DNA of 64,000 bases from Narcine bancroftii (Eukaryota), in the NCBI RefSeq assembly GCF_036971445.1, contig NC_091473.1, positions 81,716,001 to 81,780,000 on the forward strand. Direction: 5' to 3'. The notes under the pieces are model-generated. The model had not been told where the DNA came from. It was given only the letters and a program-made list of their open reading frames with translations, and searched no databases. Every line of letters begins with the position of its first letter. The stretch's first letter is position 1. Below are positions 48,416-62,519 of this stretch, piece by piece. Both the position numbers and the translations under genes were made by a program.

Positions 48416-50134
48416 CTTTGGCTTGGCTTTGCGGACGAAGATTTATGGAGGGGGTAAAAAGTCCACGTCAGCTGCAGGCTCGTTTGTGGCTGACAAGTCC
48501 AATGCGGGACAGGCAGACACGATTGCAGCGGTTGCAGGGGAAAATTGGTTGGTTGGGGTTGGGTGTTGGGTTTTTCCTCCTTTGCCTTTTGTCAGTGAGG
48601 TGGGCTCTGCGGTCTTCTTCAAAGGAGGTTGCTGCCCGCCAAACTGTGAGGCGCCAAGATGCACGGTTTGAGGCGTTATCAGCCCACTGGCGGTGGTCAA
48701 TGTGGCAGGCACCAAGAGATTTCTTTAGGCAGTCCTTGTACCTTTTCTTTGGTGCACCTCTGTCACGGTGGCCAGTGGAGAGCTGGCCATATAACACGAT
48801 CTTGGGAAGGCGATGGTCCTCCATTCTGGAGACGTGACCCATCCAGCGCAGCTGGATCTTCAGCAGCGTGGACTCGATGCTGTCGACCTCTGCCATCTCG
48901 AGTACTTCGACGTTAGGGATGTAAGCGCTCCAATGGATGTTGAGGATGGAGCGGAGACAACGCTGGTGGAAGCGTTCTAGGAGCCGTAGGTGGTGCCGGT
49001 AGAGGACCCATGATTCGGAGCCGAACAGGAGTGTGGTATGACAACGGCTCTGTATACGCTTATCTTTGTGAGGTTTTTCAGTTGGTTGTTTTTCCAGACT
49101 CTTTTGTGTAGTCTTCCAAAGGCGCTATTTGCCTTGGCGAGTCTGTTGTCTATCTCATTGTCGATCCTTGCATCTGATGAAATGGTGCAGCCGAGATAGG
49201 TAAACTGGTTGACCGTTTTGAGTTTTGTGTGCCCGATGGAGATGTGGGGGGGCTGGTAGTCATGGTGGGGAGCTGGCTGATGGAGGACCTCAGTTTTCTT
49301 CAGGCTGACTTCCAGGCCAAACATTTTGGCAGTTTCCGCAAAGCAGGACGTCAAGCGCTGAAGAACTGGCTCTGAATGGGCAACTAAAGCGGCATCGTCT
49401 GCAAAGAGTAGTTCACGGACAAAACTGCATGAGTTTTTCAAGCTTTGTTGGGACCAAGGTAAACTGCCTCAGGATCTTCGTGATGCCACCATCATCACCC
49501 TGTACAAAAACAAAGGCGAGAAATCAGACTGCTCAAACTACAGGGGAATCACGTTGCTCTCCATTGCAGGCAAAATCTTCGCTAGGATTCTACTAAATAG
49601 AATAATACCTAGTGTCACCGAGAATATTCTCCCAGAATCACAGTGCGGCTTTCGCGCAAACAGAGGAACCACTGACATGGTCTTTGCCCTCAGACAGCTC
49701 CAAGAAAAGTGCAGAGAACAAAACAAAGGACTCTACATCACCTTTGTTGACCTCACCAAAGCCTTCGACACCGTGAGCAGGAAAGGGCTTTGGCAAATAC
49801 TAGAGCGCATCGGATGTCCCCCAAAGTTCCTCAACATGATTATCCAACTGCACGAAAACCAACAAGGTCGGGTCAGATACAGCAATGAGCTCTCTGAACC
49901 CTTCTCCATTAACAATGGCGTGAAGCAAGGCTGTGTTCTCGCACCAACCCTCTTTTCAATCTTCTTCAGCATGATGCTGAACCAAGCCATGAAAGACCCC
50001 AACAATGAAGACGCTGTTTACATCCGGTACCGCACGGATGGTAGTCTCTTCAATCTGAGGCGCCTGCAAGCTCACACCAAGTCACAAGAGAAACTTGTCC
50101 GTGAACTACTCTTTGCAGACGATGCCGCTTTAGT
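48416..50134 (-). mobile_element. 5'-truncated, 5'-inverted RTE LINE
   Basis: 3' part on minus (48416-49422), upstream RT part on plus (~49420-50134); 12-bp TSD TACAACTGAATT at 48404-48415 and 50135-50146. Confidence 0.9.
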
Positions 50135-50224
50135 TACAACTGAATTATGATTCTTCTGTAAATTGACATAGGAAAATCTAAGGAAGGATTGCTTAGGGTG
50201 GAAGGGTTAGTGTAGCAGTTAGCA

Positions 50225-53200
50225 AGAGTCCTCCAAGATCATCTTCCAATCCAGAGTCCGAATGGTGGAGCAGGATGAGACATTTCTTCTTCCAAAAGGT
50301 TCACAAAGGGAGCTCTGTGATCCACACCCTTAAGGAAGAGAATGACTCAGTCACATCCTTGTAGACGAGCATTCAGAGGATTGGCAGATTCTTTTATGCC
50401 GGTCTGTTTGATGCTAAGGCTACAAATAGAATAGCTTCCCAAAACTTTCTGTCCTCTATCACGGATGTTTTAGACGACAGCATGAGGAAATGTCTGAATC
50501 GGCCAATTATTCTGGAGCTGATGGACTCCATCCATTCCTTTGGGTCGATTAAGACTCCCAGAAGTGATGGTCTTCTGGCTGAGTTGTTCCCAGCTCTGTG
50601 GGACTGGGTGGGCTCTGACCTGCTGGAAGTATACAACGCCATGCTCCTGGCAGAAAGCATGTCAGACTCCCATGAGGAAGGGCATCATCACCCTCATCTT
50701 CAAAATGAAGGGGGGAGGGGGAGGAGGAGGAGATCTGGAATTGGAGACCCATTTCATTGCTAAATATGGACTGCAAAATCCTGTCTAAGGCCATTGCCAA
50801 TCAAGTCAAGTATGCCCTGGGGCAGGTGATCCACCCAGACCAGACCTGCACGGTTCCAGACAGGAAGATCTCTGACAACCTCGCGCTGCTCAGGGACACT
50901 ATCACCAATGTGCTTGACGGTAGGGGTGGACATCTGCCTCGTCAGCTTAGAGCAGGAGAAGACTTTTAATCAAATATTGCACATGTACGTGATAGCCTCA
51001 ATGGCCTTTGGGGAGAGAATCCAGAATTGGATTAAGCTGCTCTACACAGACATCTGTAGTGTAGTCCAAATCAATGGGTGGGAAATAGATAGCTTCCATA
51101 TCAAGGTTGCCCACTGTCTCTAATCTATTTGTGTGCTGCATAGAGCCCTTTGTCAAATCCATCAGAAAGGATGAGGGCATAAGAGGAGTGATGTTACCAG
51201 GCAGTAAAGGCACTCAGTTTGAGGCCTCCCTGTATTTGGATGATGTCGTTGTCTTCTGTACAGATACACGATCAGTCTGGAGACTGACCAGCATATGTGG
51301 GTATTTTGAGTCTGCATCAGGTGCAAGGGTAAATTTGAAGAGTGAAAAGTAAATCCCAAAATTCTGTAGACACCGTGGTTGAAGTAAAAGCACAAAATGC
51401 TGGAGAAGCTCAGCAGGTCAAACAATGTCCTTTATCTAGCAAAAGTAAAGATACAGAACCGATATTTTGGATTTGAGCCCTTCATCAAACTATGAGAAAA
51501 TGCTGGCGAGTGTCTGAACAAAAGGGTAGAAGGGGGTGGCAAAGGCAGGAGATGCTAGGTGAGAAAGGAGGGAGGGGACAGCAGCAGTAAGGGGGAGGGA
51601 GATGGTAGGTGTGGGTGAAAGAAGTAGAAAAACAGGAAAAGGGGGGAGGGGAAAGAAAAGGCAAGCAGGTTTAATGGAAAAAGGTAAAGATAATGTTCAT
51701 GCCATGTGGGAGAGAGCCCATACGGAAGATAAGGTGTTGTTCCTCCAATCTGCAGGTGGTCAGGGTGGGAGAGTACATAAGGTCATGAACAGATGTATGA
51801 GCACGAGAGTGTGACCCCGAATTGAAATGGTCGCTCTGATTGTGAATGGAGCGGAGGTGCAGAGCAAAGTGATCTCCCAGTTATACTTTGATGAAGGGCT
51901 CAAATCCAAAATGTCAGTGTGTATCCTTGCCTTTGCTATATAAAGGACACTGATTGGCCTGATGAGCTTCTTCAGCGTTTTGTGTTTTTACTAGAAGAAG
52001 TGTGAGAATTACTCTTCGGTCCACCATCCCATTTACAGTCAGATCTTACTGTCTGAAGCTGCTGGGGATCTGGTTTGGAGGGGCTGAGGCATGCAACAAG
52101 AACTGGTCAGAGTGGATCACAAAAGTCCAACAAACATTGGGTCTGTGGGTGTGGTACTCCCTCATGATAACCTGGTCATCAGATGCAAGGTACTCTTGGT
52201 GCTGCTGTATGTTGTATGGGTGTGATCCATCCCCTGCATCTCTGCCCATTGCAGTTACCAGAACAGTTTTTAGAATCATTTGGGGGTCCAAAATGGATAG
52301 GGTCCGAAGGAGCAGCATGAACAAATCTTCAGAAAATGGGGGCAAGGGCATACCCAACATGGTGCTCATCCTGATGACCACCTTCATGTGTAACTGCATC
52401 AAAATGGGGATAAACCTAAGTACGAGGGCACCAAGTGCCACTATGTGCTGAGGTTCTACCTGTCTCAAGTGTTGTGAAAGGTGGGCCTAGGTTCGTTGCT
52501 GCACAATGACCCAGTTAGCTAGACTTTGCTACACCACCTATCCATTGTGGAAAAGTTTTTCTAGGACAATACCTTTAACTGCAAGGCCATCAGGCAGTGG
52601 TCACCACGGAACATCCTGCAGAAGCTGAGAGATGAGGACTCGATGGGATGGTTCACTGAGCAGACCGTCCAGGTCACCTGGTGAAATGCCTCATCGCCAG
52701 GGCTCACAAACAAGTACTAGGACTTGGCCTGGCTGGTAGTGAGAGGAGCCTTCCCAATGAGGTCTTTCTTGCCCAACCGGAACATCAACCTCCATGCACA
52801 TTGTCCTCAGGACGCTTGGGGTGGAGTGGAGACTGTCACCTACTTCTTTGTTGAATGTAGATTCACAAATTGTGTGTGGCGAAGGATGCAGGGGACTTTG
52901 TCACAGTTCATACTCCGCGGTAATATGACAGAGGATTCTCTGATCTATGGACTATTCCCAGGGACATACTCTGAGTTCGATATCCAGAATTGCTGGAAGA
53001 CCATCATCTCGGTGAAAGACACCCTTTGGTTGGCCTGAAACCTGTTGGTCTTTCAGCATACTGAGGTGTCGGTCCGGGAATGCTGCTGACTGCAGGCTGA
53101 AGGAGGACATGCTGAGGCTTGGTGCAGCTAACGTGAGGGTGCGGTGGGGAAGGACCACAGTCTAGCATCCTGGCATTACCGGCACTGAGGGGCTGAGACT

Positions 53201-53376
53201 GAGGTAGTGAGAAAGAGCAAGGTGCCACGTGATGGTAGCAAAGTATTATGAGAAGAATGTAATATGTACAATGCTGACTATATATCAATATGATTGACAT
53301 TATGAATGTAAAGAGTCTTGAATAGTTTTTCTTGTAAATAATTTATTGTGAACAAAGTATATTTTTGGGAAAAAAA
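50225..53376 (+). mobile_element. 5'-truncated Tx1/L1-clade LINE inserted into a SINE; carries a Penelope-like insert at ~51380-51990
   Basis: KTPRSDGL, LNMDCKILSKAIANQVK..IHPDQT, LYLDDV, C-terminal Cys/His region; A tail; TSD CAGTTAGCA at 50216-50224 and 53377-53385. Confidence 0.8.
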
Positions 53377-53644
53377 CAGTTAGCACAACGTTGCAGCGTC
53401 AGCAATCAGGGCTGAGGTTCAAATTCCACACTGTCTGTAAGGAGTTTGTGTGTGGGTTTTCCATGGAAATTTTATTTTAATTGTAGCATCAGTCCTGGTG
53501 TGTAGCAACCATTGCATTACTTGATTTTTTAAAAATAGCATTTCCTGAAACTGAATTTTCTTATTTATAGTTTGTAAAGAAAAGCTCATTACAATTAGAC
53601 TACTTGTGATCAAGTTTGTGATTAACATTTGTTGTTGTTCTTAG

Positions 53645-53725
53645 TTACTTGCAGGACAAAAGAAGAGTTCCCCCTTTTGGACTTTTGAATATTATCAAAC
53701 ATTTTTTGATGTTGACACTTTCCAG
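53645..53725 (+). CDS. YIPF1: YIPF1 coding exon 3
   Basis: LLAGQKKSSPFWTFEYYQTFFDVDTFQ; AG/GT. Confidence 0.95.
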
Positions 53726-54152
53726 GTATGAACGGGATTAATTTCCTTCACCATATTTAATTCTTCCATAATGGTAATAAAAATAGGAACATTTGAAATA
53801 TTTTTCACGCTTCCATTTTGCCCATCAGGTTATATTATGTCTTGAATTCTGTGTGACACCAAATTTCTGGTAATGAGTGGCAACAGATTTTGCACCATAT
53901 CAGACAGCAGAATCTTATCCTGTTTTATCTCTTGAAGACGTACAAGAATATTGAAATAGTCACTCAACAAGAAACATAATCCAAGCCTGTTTGCTTCTCC
54001 ATTCTGGCACAAGCTGCTACATTCAAACTTGTTCCCCAATGATCATTGTGCTCTATTTTAACCTGGCTAACAAATTAATGAAAAAGTTGAAAACTTTGAC
54101 ATCGACCATTATTTAAATTAAGGTAAACCAATTTTTCCTCTCTGTGTAATAG

Positions 54153-54281
<129 letters not shown>

Positions 54282-55620
54282 TAAAGTTATCCCTTATTGG
54301 AATGTCAATTTTCCTTTCAATTTCAATCCATTCTCTAAAATATAAAAACATTTTTTTCTAAATTAAGAACCTAGAAAGAATACAAGAAAAATACATTTTT
54401 TAAAATATTGTCTTGAAATAAAATTTAAACCGGGAAGCAGCAATATATTTCTCCAATATTAAAACTTGTTTCTGCTGCTTCCCTGGTTTATGAGTGCAAA
54501 GGTTAACATGGAGCTCTGTAGTTGAGGACACTCCTCGATTTCATCCTGACTTTGCTCAATTATTTTGATTGCAATTAGAGCAAGAGAAGAGATTGTGGAT
54601 TTGGCATTGTGTCCTGAATTAGAGAATGCCATAAATTATACAAGTATAGAAAATGTTGGGTGTAGAGGACATTCACCAGAATGTTGCCTAGATTGGAGGA
54701 ACCTAGTAATGCGGAGAGATTAGACAGACTGCTTGTTTCCCTGGAGTAAAGGATGCTGAGGGGTAATTTGATAGAGATATATAAAATTATGGGAGGTAAA
54801 TAGAATCTTTTTCCCATGGTAAGGGTATCAAAAACAACACGGCAGAGGTTTAAGGTGTTTTAAAGGGGAAAAGATTTTTTAATGCAGATAGTATTTGATA
54901 GATGGAGAGATGGTGGAAACACATACAATTACCTACATTTCAGACTAATTTAGAAAGTACTTGAATAAGCAAGGTATGGAAAGCTATGGACCTAAAGAGT
55001 AAAATGGAATTGGTGTGGTGGGCAAAAAATATAATGGTTCAAAAGGCAAGTTTCTGTGCTATACTTCAAACAATAGCCCAAGGTATTTGAGAGGAATAAA
55101 TTAAGGAGAGAGATGATAACTGAAATGAAGGGGAAGGTAATAAGATTTGAGGTGAAAGTACAGAGCGTTGGATCTAATTAGCCAGTGGATGCCTATTAAT
55201 GAATGGATTAAGAATATCAGGGATAAACAAATGACCGGAATTGTTGTCAGATGGAGTTCAGTGGGGGCTGAATATGGCAGGGAAGAAAATGTCATTGAGT
55301 GAACTTGGGGGAAGTAAAAATTAGAGGCAAAAATAAAATGTTTTCATCTGTTACATAGTTTTTCTTCCTAACTGAAAATGTTGAATTAAAATGTATTGTG
55401 AGGTGCAGAATTGTAGTCTGTTATATTGAATCAATTTTGGTATGAACCAATATTGAAAATGTATAGTGATTATTTTAGAGAAAATCTATTTACTATGTAA
55501 AATATTGAAAATTAAAGAACTTCCGCTATATTTTTGAAAATAAAAGATCATAAATATGTAACTGTTTTTTGGAATATGGAAAATAATAAGAGCTTGATTT
55601 TTGAAATTTGTCTTGTTCAG

Positions 55621-55737
55621 GTCCATTCTGGATTTGTGCCACTCTGGTGTTTGCTATAGCAATAAGTGGAAACCTTGCCAATTTCTTGACACATCGTGGC
55701 CAGAGTGGTTATCGTTATGTACCCGAGTTCCATAAAG
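55621..55737 (+). CDS. YIPF1: YIPF1 coding exon 5
   Basis: GPFWICATLVFAIAISGNLANFLTHRGQSGYRYVPEFHK; Yip1 domain. Confidence 0.95.
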
Positions 55738-56329
55738 GTAAAGGGAAAGTACTTCTTTTGTATAGAAATATGATTGAGTTAATATATATCCTTTTATATG
55801 GACAAAAAAAATTAAAAGATCAACACACTGTCCCATTGAATAATGATAAGTTGTTCTCTACTTCCAATGTTTTGACAGTTTCCATTATGACATGATACAT
55901 ATTTTTGCAGTGAGACTGATCATATCTGCCACATTGTGTACATTTCTCAGTGATAGTCTCACAGCAGAATTAGTGCAGGTCAAGATGCAGTGTCTCAGGT
56001 ATGCTGTCAGTCGTCAACAAAACCTAATTACATTTTCATTTATAAATCCTACAATAACCCAAAATATGCTAACAGCATATGGTGATAGCAGTATACAGTT
56101 TTAATGGGGGGAAATCCCTTGGAAACTGATAAGTAGATGGCATAAAATCATAATATGAATGCTGCATTAATGGAATCAAAATCCAATTAGCTTTCTTGTG
56201 TCTTATAGAAAATATCTGAAAATTATTTTTAAAAGGACACAGGATACATTCTGAAAACCAAGAGCTGGATACTGAGTTCATTGTCCCTCTGGTTGCCAAA
56301 AATTGCAGCAAGATCTTGATCAGTCAGTC

Positions 56330-56985
56330 AGATAGGGAGGGGAAGGGTAGATGGAATTTAACAAGATAAATATGAAGTATTGCATTTTGGGAAGTCTAAC
56401 ATGCACAGGACCTGCACAATATTGCAGTTGTATGAGATGTTGGTGAGGTGCCATTTTGAGCATTTGTTTTTTTTTGGTCACTGTGCTATCAGAAATATGT
56501 TGTTAAGCTGGAGATAGCATAGAGAAGATTTACAAGGATGTTCCCAAGGCTCGGGGGCTTGAACTATAGGAAGAGGTTGAGCAGGCTAGGGGCTTTATTC
56601 TTTGGAGTGCAGGAGGATGAAGGGTGATCTCACAGAGGTTTACAAAATCATGAGAGGAATAGATCGGGTGAACGCACAGATGCTTTTGCTCAGAGTAGGG
56701 GAATCGGTAACCAGAGAAATTAGGTTTAAGGTGAGGGGGGAATGATTTAGTGTTAACCTGAGGGATAACTTTTTTTAGACAGAAGGTGGTGAGTGTATGG
56801 TCTGGGCTGCAGGAAGAAGTGGTTGAGGCTGGTATTATTGCAATGTTTAAGAAACATTTGGATGGTTACATGGATAGGATAGGCTTAGAAGGATATAGGC
56901 CAAACACAGGCAGATGGTACTAGCAAGGTTGGGAATTTTGGTTAGTGTGGGCAAGTTGGGCTGAAGGTCCTGTTTCCATGTCACT
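56330..56985 (+). mobile_element. CR1-type LINE 3' fragment (a similar fragment lies at ~54650-55060)
   Basis: aggtttaaggtgaggggg...ttttttagacagaaggtggtgagtgtatgg...ctgc CR1 3' motif and tail. Confidence 0.65.
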
Positions 56986-57477
56986 TATCTACTTTCTTCA
57001 CAATTATATATAAGGCACTAATAATCTGTTGAAGACTTTTTGCTCCTGCCGTTCTCTCCTTCTGGTTGTACCTACATTATTTTCTTATGAAATAAATAGA
57101 ATTAAGAGTTAAATTAGAATTAAAGTTATCATCTGAAAATGAGCAACATCTGAACACATTTTGCTTTGTGTTGCTTTGTTTAGACGGTGAACTGAATCTT
57201 GCAGGCTGTGGTAAGCAGCTTTCTTAGGTTGCCCATCTTCAGACATGTGGAGCTGACAACTTTGAGCATTCTATTCTCCATTTTGCTTCTGTCAAAGCTT
57301 GTCAAAAATGTCTTCGAGGCAGGACCTTGCACAAGTCCAGAAGTAAAGTCATAACAACAAACTGCCTTGAGGGTGCAAAGGGCCAGCAAGATGGCCCAGC
57401 TACACATGGCCTGAACCAGTATAGTTGTTTGAGAACAATGGGCAGAAAATGTGGTCCAGTATATTTTGCAATATATG

Positions 57478-60400
57478 TGATGCACGATCAATTACTCAAA
57501 GACTGAAGTTGCCGAGACTGAAGGCTTTTATTTACAAGAGATGGACAGTATCCCTGTGCTGGTCATTCACACTGACCCAGACTCAAACTGTGGGAAGGCT
57601 TGTGACATGACAGCCTTTATGGGGGGAGAAAAGTGGAGGAGTCACGATCCGGCCATTGAGAGCAAGGTCAACTAGGAAAGGTATGACATTTAGAGATGGC
57701 ATACAAATGTACACAATAGTGGTTTCACTACATTCACCCCTTCTTTTTAAAAGGAAGTCCTGGATGGGGGGGGAAGGTGTGTGGTTATCCACCCCTCCTA
57801 AGTTCAGTTGGTCTGGCAGTCTTTTTTGGCATTGTGACTGGTGAGTCCCCATCCAGGGGTCTGTGATAGCCTTTGCGGTTTTGGCTGGTCCATCCTGCTT
57901 GGCCTGGCTGGAGTGCTTGGCTGAGTCAGGTGGGTTGTGGAGGGGGTGTGTGTGTCAACTGTCAGCTTGGCCAGGGTGGTGAGCATTGGAAGGTGGGCCC
58001 TGGAGAGCTGTGGCGGGGGGGGGGAGGGTGGGGTGGTTCAGATGCTCCCACATGTGTCAGGTGCTGGAGAGACACTGGGTCCTTGCACCCATCCGGGAAA
58101 GCCACATAGGCGTACTGTGGGTTCGTGTGGAGCAGCTGGACCCTCTCGACTAGAGGGTCAGACGTGTGTTTTTATGTCTATGGAGTATACCATCCCCGGG
58201 GACATCAGCCAGGTAGGTAAGGTGGTTCCTGACGCCGATCACTTGGGGAATAAAAAACATTCTCTTATGAGGTGTTTCGTTGGTGGCTGTACACAGGAGG
58301 GAGCGGATCGTCTGGAGGGCTTCTGCGAGAACCTCTTGCCAGTGGGGGGCAGGGAGGCCCTTGGACTTTAAGGCCAGTACTGCCTTCCAGACTGTGCTGT
58401 TCTTCTGCTGCACCTGGTGGTCTGGCTAGAGGTGATGCCCTTGGACAGCAAATATTGACACAGCTCGTCGCTCATGAAGGACGAATCCCTATCACTGTGG
58501 ACATAGCAAGGGTATTTGATAATGGTGAACAGATTGTACAGAGTCTTTATGACGGTAGGTGCAGTCATGTCCAGGGAGGGGATGGCAAAGGGGAACTGTG
58601 AGTTCTCATCAATGATGTTGATGAAGTACATGTTGCAGTTCATGGAGGATAGGGGTACTTTGAAGTCCATGCTTAGACGTTCAATGAGGTGAGTAGCCTT
58701 AATCAGGTGTGTCCGGTCGGCCAGGTAGAAACGCGGTTTGCACTCTGCGCAGACCCAGGAATTTCTGGCTAGTGTCCTGATGTCCTCAGTGGAGTAGGGG
58801 AGATTACAGGCCTTGATGAAGGGGAAAAAAATGGGTGATCCCGGGGTGGCAGAGGTCATTGTGTATGTCTGGAGGTGGTCCATCTGCGCACTGACTTAAG
58901 TCCCCCAAGCCAGGGCATCCGAGGGCTGGTTGAGCTTTCTGGGCCAGTACTGTATGTCATAATTGTAGGTGGAGAGCACGATTCTACTCCAGAGAATTTT
59001 AACCATTTTTGATTTTCTCCCACTACTGGTTGTTGAACATGAAGGCGACTGCCTGTTGGTCGATCAGTAGGGTAAAATGCTTACTGGCGAGAGAATGTCT
59101 CCAGTGCCATACCACTTCAACGATAGTCTGGGCCTCCTTCTTGATGGAAGAGTGTTGGATCTCGAGGCCCTAGGAGGTGCGTGAAAAAGTGCTACTAGCC
59201 TGCCCATCTGGTTAAGTCTGGCAGTCAGGGCAAAGTCGGATGCATTGCTGTCCACCTGGAACAGGATGGATTCATCCACTGCGTGCATCGCAGCCTTTTC
59301 AATGTCAGCTTTGATACGGTTGAATGCCTCACAGGCTTCTGCCAACAGGGAAACCAGTGGCCCTGATGAGGGGCCAGGCCTTCTCCGCGTAGCTGGAGAT
59401 GCACTGAGTGTAATAAGAGAAAAACCCCAGCCACCTTTCAAGGCCTTGGGCTCTCCAGGGGCCTGTACACTGTTCTGTCACCCCCATCAGTGAGGAGGTG
59501 TCTCACCTCTGACCATAAATGCCCTGTCCCCGGCACTATATCGCTGACTTTTAGTGGCAACGGGCTTACAGTCAGGGTGAGATTGGTGAACTGGGGTGGA
59601 GGAGAGATCTGAAGCGTGGAGAGATCCCATGTTGGACACGATGATTGGGTTTGGGGCTGATGGTTGGCCATGTGGTTGGAGGAGGGCGGATGGTTTAAAA
59701 ACTGCTCATTACAGACCATGAGGGGAGGATGGCGCCCAACATGCTCTTCATGTTACACTGGAAATCTAATCCCAGTAGGATGGGTGCACATAGCTGTGGC
59801 AGTACAAGGAGTTTAAAGTCCCAGTATACCATGCTCCAGACAGTCAGTGTTACTGTCCAACTGCCACAAGTCTTTGCCGAGTGAGATTTGGATGTCATGG
59901 AGATCCGGTGGCTCATGGGCTTCACCCCGAGGAATAGTGCTGTACAATATCTGGGTGAATAAAGCTTTCTGTGCTTCCACTGTTGAATAGACAAGCGGTG
60001 GGACAGCCATTTACCTGGATGTCCATCATGGACCTGGAGAGTTAATAAGATCTGTCCTGATTGAGGGTTTCCAATGCCAGCATCAGTTTGTCTTCTGAGG
60101 AGTTCTATTGGCTGCTCGCAGCCCCCATGGTACGCACGCAGTCCTGTCATAGTTTGCTGGAAGAGAAGGGGAAGAAGACAGAAGTGATAGCATCGCAGGC
60201 GGTGGTCTTCATGGTGCATGTGTGTGGTTGTCCCAGGTCCATGGAAGTGACGGTGGACGTGATGGCTGCCCCCACTTGCACGTGGCGCTGCTGGAACTTG
60301 GGATTGGTTTGGACTTGCAGAGCTTCACAAAGTGTCCTTCCCACAGTTGGAGCATGTGTGGTCCCTGCCAGGACAGTGTTTCCTCGGGTGCTTAGCCTGC

Positions 60401-61363
60401 CTGTAGAAGTAGCACTTCGGGTGGTCACTAATGGCAGTTGTGGTCAGTTCAGAGTGGGAGGAGGCTTGCAATCCCACCTCCCAAGATGGCAGCTCCCATG
60501 TTCACCACGAGGCAGCCACGTGTTCACTGGAGAAGTTTTGGATGGCTACCTCGAGAGTGTTCACCATTTTGATGGTTTGAGGTATGCTCATTTGTCTTTG
60601 TTTGAGTAGCCTCTGCCACATGCAGTTGGAGCGGATGCCTGTTATACAGGCGTCTCTGATCAGTAGCTGTGTGTGGTGTTCTGCACTTACAGCCTGACAG
60701 TTTTGCAGTCCTTTGCAAGCTCCTGCAGTGCTCTGATTAAGTCGTTGAAAGTTTTCCCCCAATTGCTGCCTGCGTGAGTGGAGTACATACCATGCGTAGA
60801 CCTCGTTCACCTGGACTTTATACTGATCCTTCAGGGAGTCCATTGCAGCTCAGTACGTCTGGCAGTCCCAGACCATCTGGTAGACCCTGTGTCTGATATA
60901 CGAGTACAGCAGATGGAGCTTGTCCTTGTTATCCTGGATAGCTGCTGTGGAGGCTGTGAGGAACTTTTTGAAACAGCAGTGCCATAGCACAAACTTGTTG
61001 GCTGCCTCAAGTTCTCTTGGGTCGATTTCCAGGCGATCCAACTTCACTGTAATTGTTATATGGTTATGTACTTGTCCATGTTCCGAAAAAAATCTTGTAA
61101 ATAAAATTGATGCACGATCAATTACAGGAAGACTGGAGTTGCTGAGACTGAAGGCTTTTATATTACTAGAGATGGACAGCATCCCTGTGTTGGTCGCTCT
61201 CACTGACCCGGATTCGAACTTGGGGCAGGCTTGTGGCATGACGGCCTTTATGGGAGATAAAGGGGGAGGAGTCATGAGCCGGCCAGTGAGAGCAGGGTCA
61301 ACAAGGAAAGGCCATGACATTTACATATGGCATATAAATATATACAATAGTGGTTTCACCACA
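57478..61363 (-). mobile_element. Degenerate Gypsy LTR retrotransposon (5' LTR 61108-61363, 3' LTR 57478-57732)
   Basis: Paired LTRs TG...CA; 5-bp TSD ATATG at 57473-57477 and 61364-61368; PPT AAAAGAAGGGGTGAA; gag, RNase H and integrase (HSDRDSSFMS) remnants; RT largely deleted. Confidence 0.9.
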
Positions 61364-62519
61364 ATATGATTGAGGTTGGTATAATTTCGCCTCTTATTCA
61401 TAAAGTCTAAAATATTATTGATTGATTTTTATACTTTTGGTATTTATTCTTGAATGTGTTGAGGAAGTATCATTCATCTGCAATTCATAAGATGTGCAAA
61501 TTCACAATTTAGAAGAAGCTTCGGGCATGTGAATTTTCCACATTTCCATGGATTTCCACATTTTTCAAATCCAGTTCTGCATTTTTAAAATCCACTTCCG
61601 TGTTTTTAAAATCCACCTTCGTATTTTATCAGTACCTTCCCTGCCTTCTCTGACACCCTCTGCTTGTTCCGTGTGATGATAGGATCTTGCTCTGTCGACT
61701 TTGGCTGCCACATTTCATGCAGTAGCACAGTGGTGGCACATCCCCATGCACCCCCTCCCCATTGCAAAGAGTTTCCAAATTGTTTGCAATGCTATACCAC
61801 TTATGCCAGTGGTGCTCCCTCGTGTTTTAACCATAGCTCGAAAACCACGTGTGAAGAAATGATTGGGAAAGACTAATTGCTTTTAAGGTTAGCTGAAGAA
61901 AACCCCTGAGTAACAGATGGTTGCGGATTGGGCAGGGCTCTACCTGGTGACTGAGGACAGGTTGGACATGGGTTCTACCTGGGGATTGGGTGCAGATTGG
62001 ATAGGGCTAATGCCTGGTGATTGAGGACAGGTTGGGCAGGGGTGCTGCCTGGGGATTGGATGTGTTGGGCAAGGGCACTGCTTGGCATGCTGGGTGTTAG
62101 TTATGGGCAAATACTGCTTAGAGTCAGGAGAACCAGACATTCTGGTTTGACCATAGGTCTAGCAGGTAGTGCCTGGTGATGTGGAAGGGGCTTGGAGTCT
62201 GGGTACAGAAGATGGTAGTGTCTGTCTGATAGACTGTGCTCAGTGTAAAAAAATAAACAATTGATTTTGTTTAAAATGACTCATTTTTTAATGGCTTAAA
62301 TCTGGTAATTTTTTTGTACATTTTCAAAAAATTTTCAAATAGGGGCCACTGTGTGCCTCGCACAAGCACTCAGCTCTTTCCCATTTTTTTTTGACCTCAC
62401 ACATTCCTGAAGCATAAAACATCCACTGACTGCATTACAAATATTTCCTTTTTGATTTCTCAATGCTTTTTAAAAAATGTACAGTAAACTATTCAGCATA
62501 ACTTTGTTTTTGTTTGTAG

